DNA from: Candidatus Iainarchaeum sp.
GTDB lineage: Archaea; Iainarchaeota; Iainarchaeia; Iainarchaeales; CSSED10-239
Reading direction: 5' to 3'
Assembly: GCA_028700115.1 (NCBI GenBank)
Contig: JAQVTI010000010.1
Span: 1-32,000, forward strand
DNA length: 32,000 nt
The position numbers and the translations under genes were made by a program. This document shows positions 1 to 8,861 of this stretch, piece after piece; position 1 is the stretch's first letter; each line of letters opens with the position of its first letter. The notes under the pieces are model-generated. The model was not told the DNA's origin and did no database searches. It saw only the letters and a list, made by a program, of their open reading frames with translations.

Positions 1-457
1 TGCCTTCTGACACCCTTATTCCACTAAATAAGAAAAGAAGATATAATGGCTTTAAATCTTCTCTTAGCTTAGATAAAGTAACTTTTATTTCTTGATCTGT
101 TGGAACATAAGTGTCATTTGAAAAATTAATATCCTTTTTTAATAGTTTTTTACAAGAATCTATGTTTTCTTGAGAGAATCCTTCATCTTTAAGATAATTT
201 AAAAACTTTGACACAATTTTTCTACTACTTTGAGTATTATTAACCAAATCTATGTTTTTTTTATAATCTTCAAGCAGTTCTTGATGGTTTTTATATATAT
301 TTTTACTAAAGATGCTGTTTAATTTAGCAAGAGATTTATAGTATCCTTTAGAGTGATTTTCTTCTAAAACCTTTATTTTAAAGGCATCAAGAGAAATAGT
401 TTGACAAGCTTCTGGCGGGAGTCGAACCCGCGACCTCAACCTTACCAAGGTTGCGCT
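1..457 (-). CDS. Tyrosine recombinase/integrase, partial (runs off left edge); ORF overlaps 3' half of tRNA-Thr
   Basis: Manual minus-strand translation: ...SRVRLPPEACQTISLDAFKIKVLEENHSKGYYKSLAKLNSIFSKNIYKNHQELLEDYKKNIDLVNNTQSSRKIVSKFLNYLKDEGFSQENIDSCKKLLKKDINFSNDTYVPTDQEIKVTLSKLREDLKPLYLLFLFSGIRVSEG. SGIRVSE matches the box I Arg motif of tyrosine recombinases. The frame is open from an in-frame TAG inside the tRNA. No ATG is seen; TTG codons lie at 446-448 and 437-439. Confidence 0.75.
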
Positions 458-478
458 CTACCACTGAGCCACAGAAGC
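407..478 (-). tRNA. tRNA-Thr(GGT)
   Basis: Acceptor stem GCTTCTG/CAGAAGC, anticodon arm CAACC-TTGGTAA-GGTTG, T arm GCGGG-TTCGACT-CCCGC. Confidence 0.95.
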
Positions 479-504
479 AAAATAATTATTTTATGGAATG
501 TTTC

Positions 505-1509
505 TTAATAAATTTTTCTTTTAATTTTAAAAAAGAATTAACTTTATTTAAATTTAAACCATATTTTTGAATATATTCATTATATAATAAAAAACCAATA
601 TAATATTGATTTTTCTCGAAATTGTTAGAAAACTTACGTTTATATTCTTGATTAAAATATTTTTTATTAAATAAATTTGATAAAAACTCTACAACAACTT
701 CATTTCTACCAAACTTATGATTTTCTTTTTTTAAATAAGAATAGATAATTTCATGAATTACAATATGATTTGAACTTTCATGAAAAGTATTAATTGATAT
801 TACATTATTTGCTTTTTTATTTTTAACTATAACCTCTCTTGAAAGACCTTTTACTAAATCATTTAATGATTTACTTCTTTTACCTTCTTTTAAAGAAAAA
901 TAAACATCAAAAATTTTTTTGAAATAACTTTACAGGATTATTGTCTAAATATCCCAAATCAGAAATACCTTCAATTGAATTAATTTCACTAAACCTTATA
1001 TTTATTTTAGAAATATCCTTTATTAAACCTAAACTAAATAAATCTTTTACTAATTTATCTTCAATTTCATTTATTTCCTTTATTTTTTTTTCAGATAATA
1101 ATGATTGGTTTTTAATTACTTTTTTAGAAACTTCTTTTTTAATAATCGAAGTTATATTTTTAAATAACATATATTTAAAAGGATTCAAATAATTATTTAA
1201 ATATTTATCAGTTATCCCACTTTTTTTTAAATATAAAGTATATTCTTTAATTATTTTAATATATTCTTTAGATGCAGTCTTAGGATCATTACTAAATATT
1301 GCTTTTGCAATTGGAATTGATTTACTTTGGGCATCATTTACAAAGTTTTTATAGAAAGAAGAATTCTTTTGTTCTTCTTTTGATTTTAATTGTTTATATT
1401 TTTTAAAATTTAAAATATTTCTTTTTAATTTTAATTCTTCAGATACTGATGATTTTTTTGAAATTAAATTAGAATTCTTTTTTTTAAATCTGGAAAATAA
1501 TGTTTTCAT
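505..1509 (-). pseudogene. Hypothetical protein gene, apparently split by a 1-nt frameshift in an A7 run (T914-T920 on +); could be a sequencing error
   Basis: ORF 907..1509 ends ...NNPVKLFQKNF*. Removing one A from the run continues the frame as ...LFQKIFDVYFSLKEGKRSKSLNDLVKGLSREVIVKNKKANNVISINTFHESSNHIVIHEIIYSYLKKENHKFGRNEVVVEFLSNLFNKKYFNQEYKRKFSNNFEKNQYYIGFLLYNEYIQKYGLNLNKVNSFLKLKRKIY* with the stop at 505-507. Confidence 0.6.
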
Positions 1510-1547
1510 ATATAAAATCTCTAAATATTATTTTATAAGAAAAGAAA

Positions 1548-2172
1548 TTACTTAAGTAATTTCTTCTTTAATTCTTCATATTTAAAATCCTCTTTTAAAA
1601 GACCCATAGAAAACATATCTTGATGCTTTCCTTTATAAAAATAATCTTTTCTTAAATAACCTTCTTGAATAAAACCTAATTTTTCTAAATGCTTTTTACT
1701 TCTTGGATTATATGAAAAAACAAGAGAATAAATTTTAACTAAATTTAAATATTTAAAAGCAAATTTATATAACTCTAATTTTGCTTCAAAAATATACCCT
1801 GTGCCCCAATTTTTTAGTTATACAAGAACCACTTTCACATTTTTTACTTTTAAAATCAATATGATTTAAAGAAACCCCACCTATAACCCTATTTTCTTTT
1901 TTTAAAAAAACAGCAAAATCAATTCCTGCATCTTTCTTTTTTTTATAACAAAATCTTTTCTTTTTAAAAAAAGTATCTGCATCTTTTAAAGTATAAGGAT
2001 ATGGAAAGTTAGGAATGTTTTTAGAATATACTTTTGAATCATTATAATTTTTAACTAAATCATTTCTATCCTCTTTTCTAAAAGGCCTTAATATTAAATT
2101 TTCTGTTTCAAGATATAAATCTTTTTTATATATTTTATTTGAGTCCATAAATAGATTATAGATTAAAAACAA
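1548..2172 (-). pseudogene. GNAT-family N-acetyltransferase (RimJ/RimL-like), frameshifted at the A6 run (T1810-T1815 on +); pseudogene or sequencing error
   Basis: N-part: ETENLILRPFRKEDRNDLVKNYNDSKVY...VIGGVSLNHIDF. After removing one A the frame continues KNWGTGYIFEAKLELYKFAFKYLNLVKIYSLVFSYNPRSKKHLEKLGFIQEGYLRKDYFYKGKHQDMFSMGLLKEDFKYEELKKKLLK*. These are typical GNAT motifs (WGTGY..EA, N..S...EKLGF..EG). Confidence 0.8.
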
Positions 2173-2207
2173 TTATAAATATTAAATAAAATAAGAAAAA
2201 GAAAAAT

Positions 2208-3194
2208 TTACTTAAATCTTCTTTTATTTAGTCTAGATCTTGTAAATTTATCACTAAGCTTAGAAAAAACATTTTTCTTTGCATGTCTTTTTGCAATAGT
2301 TTCTCTAACACCTTTTGGATATTTTTCTTTTAGTTTTTCTATAAAAACATATGGATTTGCTTCTCTTCCTGAGTTATTAACCCATTTAATTACAGCTTCT
2401 GCAGTCTCTTTTCTAATATCTCCAATTGTTGCTTTTGTTTTTCCTTCCATATGTTTAGCAATTATATTTGCTTGTATATTTTCTATTATCTCTCTATTAT
2501 TTCTTAAAGAATCAATTATAGCAATCTTCTTACTAGAACCCATTCCTGAAAATCTATAATATTTCCAACTAAATTCTTTTATTTCATTCTCATATAAAGA
2601 AAATAATTTACCTAATCTTTTATTAACTTTTAAAGATTCTGTATGATTAATAGACAAAAATCTTGGGACATTTAAAACTCTTTCAATTGCTTGTTTTCTA
2701 GAAACCCCATATAATAATTCTATATTTTTTAATCTTTTTTCATGATCGAATGAAATAAATTGAGGAAAATTTTTTATAAGATTTTTTGTAATTTCTTTAG
2801 AAACACCATAAGTTTTAGAAATATTATTGAATTTTACTTCAAAATTAGTATATATTGAAGGAAATGCTAAAAACAATTCTTTTGTTTTATTAATAGGCAA
2901 ATCTAAAAAATTAGAAAGACTTGTAAGATTTATTTTATGATTATAATTTAAAACATTTGGAGTATATCTAATTAATTTTAAAGTTTTTGAAACAGTTATA
3001 TTATAAATAGTCATAATTTCAGAAATTTTTGAAGAAATAAACTCTCTACTTGGATAAGAATTCTTCCTTGCAAAAACATCTCTTAAAGATCTTAAAAATT
3101 TAATATCTTCTTTTTTATTTAAATCTAAAGATAAAGCTTCAACAATAAATCTTTTTCTTTTTCTATTTTCTTCTAAACTAATTTTATTAACCAT
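2208..3194 (-). CDS. Helical-repeat protein with mTERF-like repeats, hypothetical
   Basis: Repeats such as LDLPINKTKELFLAFPSIYTNFEVKFNNISKTYGVSKEITKNLIKNFPQFISFDHEKRLKNIELLYGVSRKQAIERVLNVPRFLSINH resemble the mTERF pattern (proline-bounded ~33-36 aa helical repeats). Basic C-terminus. Confidence 0.55.
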   Translation of the reverse strand: MVNKISLEENRKRKRFIVEALSLDLNKKEDIKFLRSLRDVFARKNSYPSREFISSKISEIMTIYNITVSKTLKLIRYTPNVLNYNHKINLTSLSNFLDLPINKTKELFLAFPSIYTNFEVKFNNISKTYGVSKEITKNLIKNFPQFISFDHEKRLKNIELLYGVSRKQAIERVLNVPRFLSINHTESLKVNKRLGKLFSLYENEIKEFSWKYYRFSGMGSSKKIAIIDSLRNNREIIENIQANIIAKHMEGKTKATIGDIRKETAEAVIKWVNNSGREANPYVFIEKLKEKYPKGVRETIAKRHAKKNVFSKLSDKFTRSRLNKRRFK

Positions 3195-3246
3195 ATATAA
3201 TTAAAAGAATTAAAAGTATATAAATTTATTTATTTTAAAAAAAGAG

Positions 3247-3329
3247 CGCAGAGGACGAGACTCGAACTCGCGTAGTCCAAAGACTCCAGCTCTCTAGGCT
3301 GGTGCGTTTGACCACTCCGCCACCTCTGC
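3247..3329 (-). tRNA. tRNA-Ser with anticodon AGA (class II, G73 discriminator)
   Basis: Acceptor GCAGAGG/CCTCTGC+G; anticodon arm CCAGC-CTAGAGA-GCTGG; long variable arm AGTC-TTTG-GACT; T arm CGAG-TTCGAGT-CTCG. Confidence 0.85.
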
Positions 3330-3363
3330 ATATTTAATTAATATATAAAAGAGTTTAAAAAGA

Positions 3364-3699
3364 CTAATGAATATTTGACCCATTTTCAATTTTCTCAGAA
3401 GGAAAAAGTAATGCTTCAACTTCATTTTCACCAATTGCAAGAATCATTCCTTGACTTTCAAGACCCATTAATTTTCTTGGTTCTAAGTTTACAATTACAG
3501 GAAGTTGTTTATTTAATAAATCTTCAGGATTATATTTAGTTCCTATTCCTGCAAGGATTTGTCTTTTAAAATTACCAAAATCAAAAACTAATCTTAAAAG
3601 CTTATTACTTTTTTCAACTCTTTCTGCTTCAATAATTTCTCCTAATCTTATATCTAATTTCATAAAAGTTAAAAAATCTATATTTTCTTTAATATTCAT
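3364..3699 (-). CDS. tRNA-binding domain protein (MetRS beta-subunit / EMAP/Arc1p/CsaA-like)
   Basis: MNIKENIDFLTFMKLDIRLGEIIEAERVEKSNKLLRLVFDFGNFKRQILAGIGTKYNPEDLLNKQLPVIVNLEPRKLMGLESQGMILA. The ORF-track start at 3765 lies inside the upstream tRNA and is probably wrong; the internal Met at 3699 is preferred. Confidence 0.85.
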   Translation of the reverse strand: MNIKENIDFLTFMKLDIRLGEIIEAERVEKSNKLLRLVFDFGNFKRQILAGIGTKYNPEDLLNKQLPVIVNLEPRKLMGLESQGMILAIGENEVEALLFPSEKIENGSNIH

Positions 3700-3726
3700 A
3701 AACAAACACATATAAAATTTCAAAAG

Positions 3727-3799
3727 GGTCCAAGCCGGGATTTGAACCCGAGCCAGGGGATCCACAGTCCCCTATGCTAACCACTACACTACATGGACC
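3727..3799 (-). tRNA. tRNA-His(GTG)
   Basis: GGTCCATG...GGGGA-CTGTGGA-TCCCC...CTTGGACCC; anticodon GTG and an encoded extra 5' G opposite C73, typical of tRNA-His. Confidence 0.9.
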
Positions 3800-3915
3800 A
3801 TTATAAACATTATTTTTATTAAATTAAAAATAATTTTAATAAAAAAACATCTAATTAGTAATATATATAAGATTAAATATATTTTTAAAGATTTCATAAA
3901 ACAATAATTAGATAT

Positions 3916-5361
3916 ATGAACATAAAAAATAAAAAAGGACAATCAGAAGTTATAAGTTATGTTATTATAATATTTATTGTAGCTATAATTGTATCAATAA
4001 TAATTACACAAATAAATCCAGTTATTTCAAAATCTAAATCAAAACAAAACTTTCAAACTTCAAAAACACAAATTGAACTAATTGAAAAAACAATAAAAGA
4101 AGTTATGCTAGAACCAACTAGTTCTTCTAAAAGCATAAGATTAGATTTAGAAAATTTATTTTTAAATGTAGACTCAGATTTAAACAAAATAGAAATATTT
4201 CATATAATGAGTGGAGACTACTATGAAAATGAAATAAAAATAAAAGAAGGAAATAAATTCACATATAGAGAAAATCAAAAACTTTTTTCAGGATTAGAAT
4301 TTGAAGACATAAATATAGTAAATAAACTTTTTATACAAAATAAAACCTTAGACTTATACTTTACAAAAACTTCAAGAAATACTTTAGAAATAACAACAGA
4401 TGTTATTGAAGATAGTAAATGGTATGATGAAGAATATAGTTATAGAACTAAACTATTAATAGATGCTAATAAAGTATATGGAGATTTAGAAAACTTTCCT
4501 GTTTTAATTAAAATAAATGATAGTGATATTTTAGAGAAAATAAAAGAAGATGGTTCAGATTTAGTTTTTACTCTTCCTGATGGAGAAACTAAACTTTATA
4601 GAGAAATTGAATATATTGATACAAGTGATGAGATTTTAGTTTGGGTAAATATACCTTATATAGATGATGAATTTGGAACTTTAATTTACATGTATTTTGG
4701 AAACTCTTTAGGTGATGAAGAAAACACAACAAAGACATGGAACAAAGATTATGTTTTAGTTCAACATCTAAATGAAACAAGTGGAACAATTTATGATTCT
4801 ACAAAATATGATAATGATGCAACTAATTATAGTGCAACTAGTGGAGCAACTGGACAAATTGGAAAAGCTTATTTTTTTAATGGAAGTTTATCATATTTAA
4901 CAATACCATCAACTACAATAGAAGAAAATGGAACTGTTTCTTTATGGATGGATATTAGTAATGCTACTAGTACACAATACTTTCTAGGAGGACCAGGCCA
5001 AGGGATAAGATATAATGGAACTTCTTTTTTGGTATTTAATGGTGGAAGTGAATGGGTTGCTTTAAATTGGAACAAAACAGGATATACTTGGATTAATTTA
5101 TATATTAAAAGAATAAATGCAAATGATTACAAAATTTATGTGAATGGAACAGAGATTGGAAACTCAATTGCAGGAAACACAGGAACAGATATAAGTTTAA
5201 ACTTAATTGGAAAAAGATCAGATGGTTATTATTTTAATGGAAGTTTAGATGAAATAAAAATTTCAAATAAATCAAAAAGTGAAGAATGGATAAAAACAGA
5301 ATATATAAATCAAAATAATCCTTTAGAGTTTTATGGAGTTGGTGAAATTGAAACTAACTAA
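3916..5361 (+). CDS. Pilin-like N-terminus fused to DUF2341 and LamG/concanavalin-like domains; surface protein
   Basis: N-term MNIKNKKGQSEVISYVIIIFIVAIIVSIIIT resembles an archaeal type IV pilin-like segment. DUF2341-like YSYRTKLLIDANKVYGDLENFPVLIKI...LVWVNIPYID..TLIYMYFGN; LamG-like VQHLNETSGTIYDSTKYDNDATN...GKAYFFNGSLSYLTIP. Confidence 0.75.
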   Translation: MNIKNKKGQSEVISYVIIIFIVAIIVSIIITQINPVISKSKSKQNFQTSKTQIELIEKTIKEVMLEPTSSSKSIRLDLENLFLNVDSDLNKIEIFHIMSGDYYENEIKIKEGNKFTYRENQKLFSGLEFEDINIVNKLFIQNKTLDLYFTKTSRNTLEITTDVIEDSKWYDEEYSYRTKLLIDANKVYGDLENFPVLIKINDSDILEKIKEDGSDLVFTLPDGETKLYREIEYIDTSDEILVWVNIPYIDDEFGTLIYMYFGNSLGDEENTTKTWNKDYVLVQHLNETSGTIYDSTKYDNDATNYSATSGATGQIGKAYFFNGSLSYLTIPSTTIEENGTVSLWMDISNATSTQYFLGGPGQGIRYNGTSFLVFNGGSEWVALNWNKTGYTWINLYIKRINANDYKIYVNGTEIGNSIAGNTGTDISLNLIGKRSDGYYFNGSLDEIKISNKSKSEEWIKTEYINQNNPLEFYGVGEIETN

Positions 5362-5362
5362 A

Positions 5363-5872
5363 ATGTATAAAAATCAAAAAGGACTATCAAGTATATTTTC
5401 ATATATTTTTTATATTTTAATAGGGCTTTCTATTTTATCTATAGTTTTAATGCAAGGAAATCAAATTATTAAAAAAAATGAAGAAAGATATGCATATGAA
5501 AAAACTATAGAAAATGTAAATAAAATTTATGAAACAATAAATAATACATCAACAAATAAAGGAAATAATATTACACAACAGATATATATCCCTTTTGAAA
5601 TTGAAATAGATTGTTCTAATAATAAAATATTTGGAAAAGTAGAATATTCTTCTAACTTTAAAGACGGAAATATAGAAATACAAGGAATTAATATTTATAG
5701 AAAATATAACCAAATATATTTTGAAAAAAATATAAACTTACCAATAAATTTAGATTGTAATACATTAATTTTAAATAAAGGAAATAAAAATTTAGAATTT
5801 ATTTATAAAAATTATGATATATCTACAGAACAAATAAATATAGATATAAAATATATTGACTTTACAAAATAA
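5363..5872 (+). CDS. Small pilin-like/membrane-anchored secreted protein, hypothetical
   Basis: MYKNQKGLSSIFSYIFYILIGLSILSIVLMQGNQI: hydrophobic N-terminal helix. The ATG at 5363 immediately follows the upstream stop; ORF-track start 5333 overlaps the upstream gene. Confidence 0.6.
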   Translation: MYKNQKGLSSIFSYIFYILIGLSILSIVLMQGNQIIKKNEERYAYEKTIENVNKIYETINNTSTNKGNNITQQIYIPFEIEIDCSNNKIFGKVEYSSNFKDGNIEIQGINIYRKYNQIYFEKNINLPINLDCNTLILNKGNKNLEFIYKNYDISTEQINIDIKYIDFTK

Positions 5873-5881
5873 AGATAAACT

Positions 5882-8803
5882 ATGAATTTAAAAAATAAAG
5901 CTGGAATAATTCCTTTAGTAACAGGAGTAATAATTACTTTAATATCTATAATTATAGCAGGGATTATAATTTCATTTGCATCAGATTATTTTGGAAGTTT
6001 AGAAGACATACAAAATTATAATAATAACAAGAATAATTTAGAATATATTAATAATGTATTAAATGATTTATCAAGTAAAGGAGAAGGAAGTTATAAACTA
6101 ATAGATTTAGACCCTACAAATATTATAACATTTAATCAAACAGAAAATAACATTACAATTACACAAATTGTAAAAAATAATAATTTTTATAAAAAACAAG
6201 ATGAAAATAAACAAATTGGAAATTTAAATATTTCTAAAGAAAATATGAAATTAATTTTTACTTTAGACTTAAACAATATAGTTGATTTAAATAACTCAAT
6301 AGATATTACAAGTACAAGACAAAAAGTTAAATTTGAAGTAGCTGATGATTCTTCTAGTTCTTTTAAAATTGCAGTTAATAGAGAAGATGCAGTAGTTTCT
6401 GAAGAAATACAAATTATTTTAGAAGATGCAAGTCCTGCTCTTTCAAATGTTTCTTCAGGGACCTATTATTCCGAACAAACAATTACTTTAACCTCTTTAA
6501 CTGAAAGTTCTACAATTTATTATACTTTAGATGGATCAACACCTACTGATTCTTCAACAGAATATACAACTTCATTTTCTTTAACAGAAACAACTACTCT
6601 AAAAACAATAACTTATAAAGAAAATTATAATCCTTCAGAAATTACAACTTATACTTACACAATAGATATACCAACTGAACCTACTGTTTATAACCAACTA
6701 TTATTTTCAAGTGAAGGCAATGATACAACTGATGAAAACTTAGAAATAAGTTTTAGTTCAATTTCTCCAGGAGGGGTAGACACATATATAATTACAGATT
6801 GGAGAAAAGACAATAGTTCAATGTGGCTTATAAACACACCTTTTGATAAACAAGTATCAGGATATACCTCTGGAAATATTAAAAGTTATACAAGTTATGG
6901 AACAACATATAATGGAACTTTAGGTGCAGGATATTCTACAAGAACACCTACATGGACAACTACAAATTGTCCTTTAGGGGGTTGCTATAATTTTGATGGA
7001 AGTGATGATTACATATCATTTGGAAATGGAAGTTTATATAATAATAAATATTTTACAACATGTGTATATATTAGACCAGACACAGTAAATAAACAACAAG
7101 GACTATTTGGACAATATGATAATCACGGAGTATATAGATATAGAGTCTATTTAAATTCAAATAATAAAATATATTTTGAAGTAGGATGTGATTATTCAAG
7201 TCCAGAATGTAGTTCTGGATGGAAAACTACAATATATTCAAATAAAACAATAAGCGCAGGAGAAACAGCATATGTTTGTGTTACATATGATGAACAATAT
7301 GCCAAAATATATATTAATGGAGACTTAGATAAATCACAAGCAGAAACTAGGCATATAGGGGCAGGATATCTTAATTATTTAGGCACAAATACATATACTC
7401 CTTCAGTTATAAAATATTCTGTATCATATACATTTGATGGAATCTTAGATGAATTTCTTGTAAAAGATACTGCCTATTCTGCAGAACAAATTAAACAAAT
7501 GTATACAGATTTAGAATCTGGAAAACATATAAACTCAATTGCTTCTCAAGAAACAGGAAGTGATGAACAATGGAGTGTTTATTTAACACCAACTGATCTT
7601 ACAGATGAAGGAACTACAAAAGTTACAAATAATTTATATGTAGATGAAATACTAACTCCTCCTTTATCTAATTATCCTTCAGCTACATATTTTGATTCTT
7701 CAATTGATGTAAATTTATTTACTCTAAGAACAGGAAACACAATTTATTATACAACAGATGGATCAACTCCAACAGACTCATCAACTGAGTTTACAGATTT
7801 AATAAATATTTCAGAAGACATTACTCTAAAAGCAATTAACTATAAAGGAAGTCTGACACCTTCAAGTGTTTCTACATTTAATTATTCTTTTGCAACTTTA
7901 GATTTATCAAATATTTTATTATCTTCAAGTTCTGATACAAACACATCTAGTGAAGATTTAAATATAACATATACAATAAACAACCCTAATAGCTATACAG
8001 ATGTAACAGTTATTACAGATTGGAAAAAGAATGGAAACTCAATTGCTGTTTTAAATATGCCTTTTGATGTAAATATATCTAATTCAAATTATAAAAATGT
8101 AAAAGATTATTCAGATAATTTAAATCATGCAACTCTTGGAGATGGAGATAGTAATAACTCACCTACTTGGACAAACTCATCTAGTTGTAAGGTTGGAGGA
8201 TGTTATGATTTTGATGGGGTAAATGATACAATAAATATAGAAAATGAAAGTGATTTTGATTTTACAAATGCATTTACATTATCTGCATGGATATATCCTA
8301 GAGACTTAACTGCTTCAAAAGCAATATTTAGAAAAGACTCTGCATATATATTATATTTATCTACAGGTTTAGATTTATATAACTGGGCAGATTCAACAAG
8401 ACTTATTTGTGATATATCAAATATAACTGTAAATACATGGCAATTAGTTACTGCTACTTGGGATGGAACTACTAAGAAAATATATGTAGATGGAACTTTG
8501 TGTAATTCTCTTACAGATTCAACAAATTTTAATACAACTGATAATGATATAAGAATAGGATCTTCTTCAACAGTAGGTATGAATTTTGATGGGTTAATTG
8601 ATGAAGCTTTAGTTTTAGATTTTGCACTTACACAAGATCAAATTACTGCTCTTTATAATGCAGGTGTTGCAGGAAAACATTTAGAAACAATTGATTCAAG
8701 TGAAACAACTTCTGGAGAAGAATGGAGTGCAAATTTATTTGTTACAACTAATCAGTCTTCAAAAAGTGCAGACGAATCAAATAGCATAACTATCTTACCT
8801 TAG
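5882..8803 (+). CDS. Large surface protein with pilin-like/TM N-terminus, two chitobiase/hexosaminidase C-terminal-like (CHB_HEX_C) repeats and two LamG-like domains
   Basis: TM: AGIIPLVTGVIITLISIIIAGIIISFASDYFG. Repeated YYTLDGSTPTDSSTEYT / YYTTDGSTPTDSSTEFT and paired LamG blocks (GGCYNFDGSDDYISFGN...DGILDEFLV / GGCYDFDGVNDTINIEN...DGLIDEALV). Confidence 0.8.
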   Translation: MNLKNKAGIIPLVTGVIITLISIIIAGIIISFASDYFGSLEDIQNYNNNKNNLEYINNVLNDLSSKGEGSYKLIDLDPTNIITFNQTENNITITQIVKNNNFYKKQDENKQIGNLNISKENMKLIFTLDLNNIVDLNNSIDITSTRQKVKFEVADDSSSSFKIAVNREDAVVSEEIQIILEDASPALSNVSSGTYYSEQTITLTSLTESSTIYYTLDGSTPTDSSTEYTTSFSLTETTTLKTITYKENYNPSEITTYTYTIDIPTEPTVYNQLLFSSEGNDTTDENLEISFSSISPGGVDTYIITDWRKDNSSMWLINTPFDKQVSGYTSGNIKSYTSYGTTYNGTLGAGYSTRTPTWTTTNCPLGGCYNFDGSDDYISFGNGSLYNNKYFTTCVYIRPDTVNKQQGLFGQYDNHGVYRYRVYLNSNNKIYFEVGCDYSSPECSSGWKTTIYSNKTISAGETAYVCVTYDEQYAKIYINGDLDKSQAETRHIGAGYLNYLGTNTYTPSVIKYSVSYTFDGILDEFLVKDTAYSAEQIKQMYTDLESGKHINSIASQETGSDEQWSVYLTPTDLTDEGTTKVTNNLYVDEILTPPLSNYPSATYFDSSIDVNLFTLRTGNTIYYTTDGSTPTDSSTEFTDLINISEDITLKAINYKGSLTPSSVSTFNYSFATLDLSNILLSSSSDTNTSSEDLNITYTINNPNSYTDVTVITDWKKNGNSIAVLNMPFDVNISNSNYKNVKDYSDNLNHATLGDGDSNNSPTWTNSSSCKVGGCYDFDGVNDTINIENESDFDFTNAFTLSAWIYPRDLTASKAIFRKDSAYILYLSTGLDLYNWADSTRLICDISNITVNTWQLVTATWDGTTKKIYVDGTLCNSLTDSTNFNTTDNDIRIGSSSTVGMNFDGLIDEALVLDFALTQDQITALYNAGVAGKHLETIDSSETTSGEEWSANLFVTTNQSSKSADESNSITILP

Positions 8804-8861
8804 AATAATAACACATAATAATTTAAATTAAAATTTATAAAAAAACAAAATGTGAACAAAA

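Noticed and set aside
941-1192. Plus-strand ORF (83 aa)
   Set aside because: Antisense to ORF 907..1509, composition is reverse-complement of Lys/Asn-rich coding; no independent support.
3247-3329. Reading this class II tRNA as tRNA-Leu(TAG)
   Set aside because: A TAG anticodon would put C at position 33 and break the CCAGC/GCTGG stem register; discriminator G also fits Ser, not Leu.
3700-3765. N-terminal extension MDPLARVQIPAWTLLKFYMCLF of the tRNA-binding protein ORF
   Set aside because: It is translation of the tRNA-His 3' half plus spacer; the internal Met at 3699 fits the family start.
4589-5075. Minus-strand ORFs 4589..4789 and 4869..5075
   Set aside because: Antisense to the confidently coding DUF2341/LamG gene; no recognisable features.
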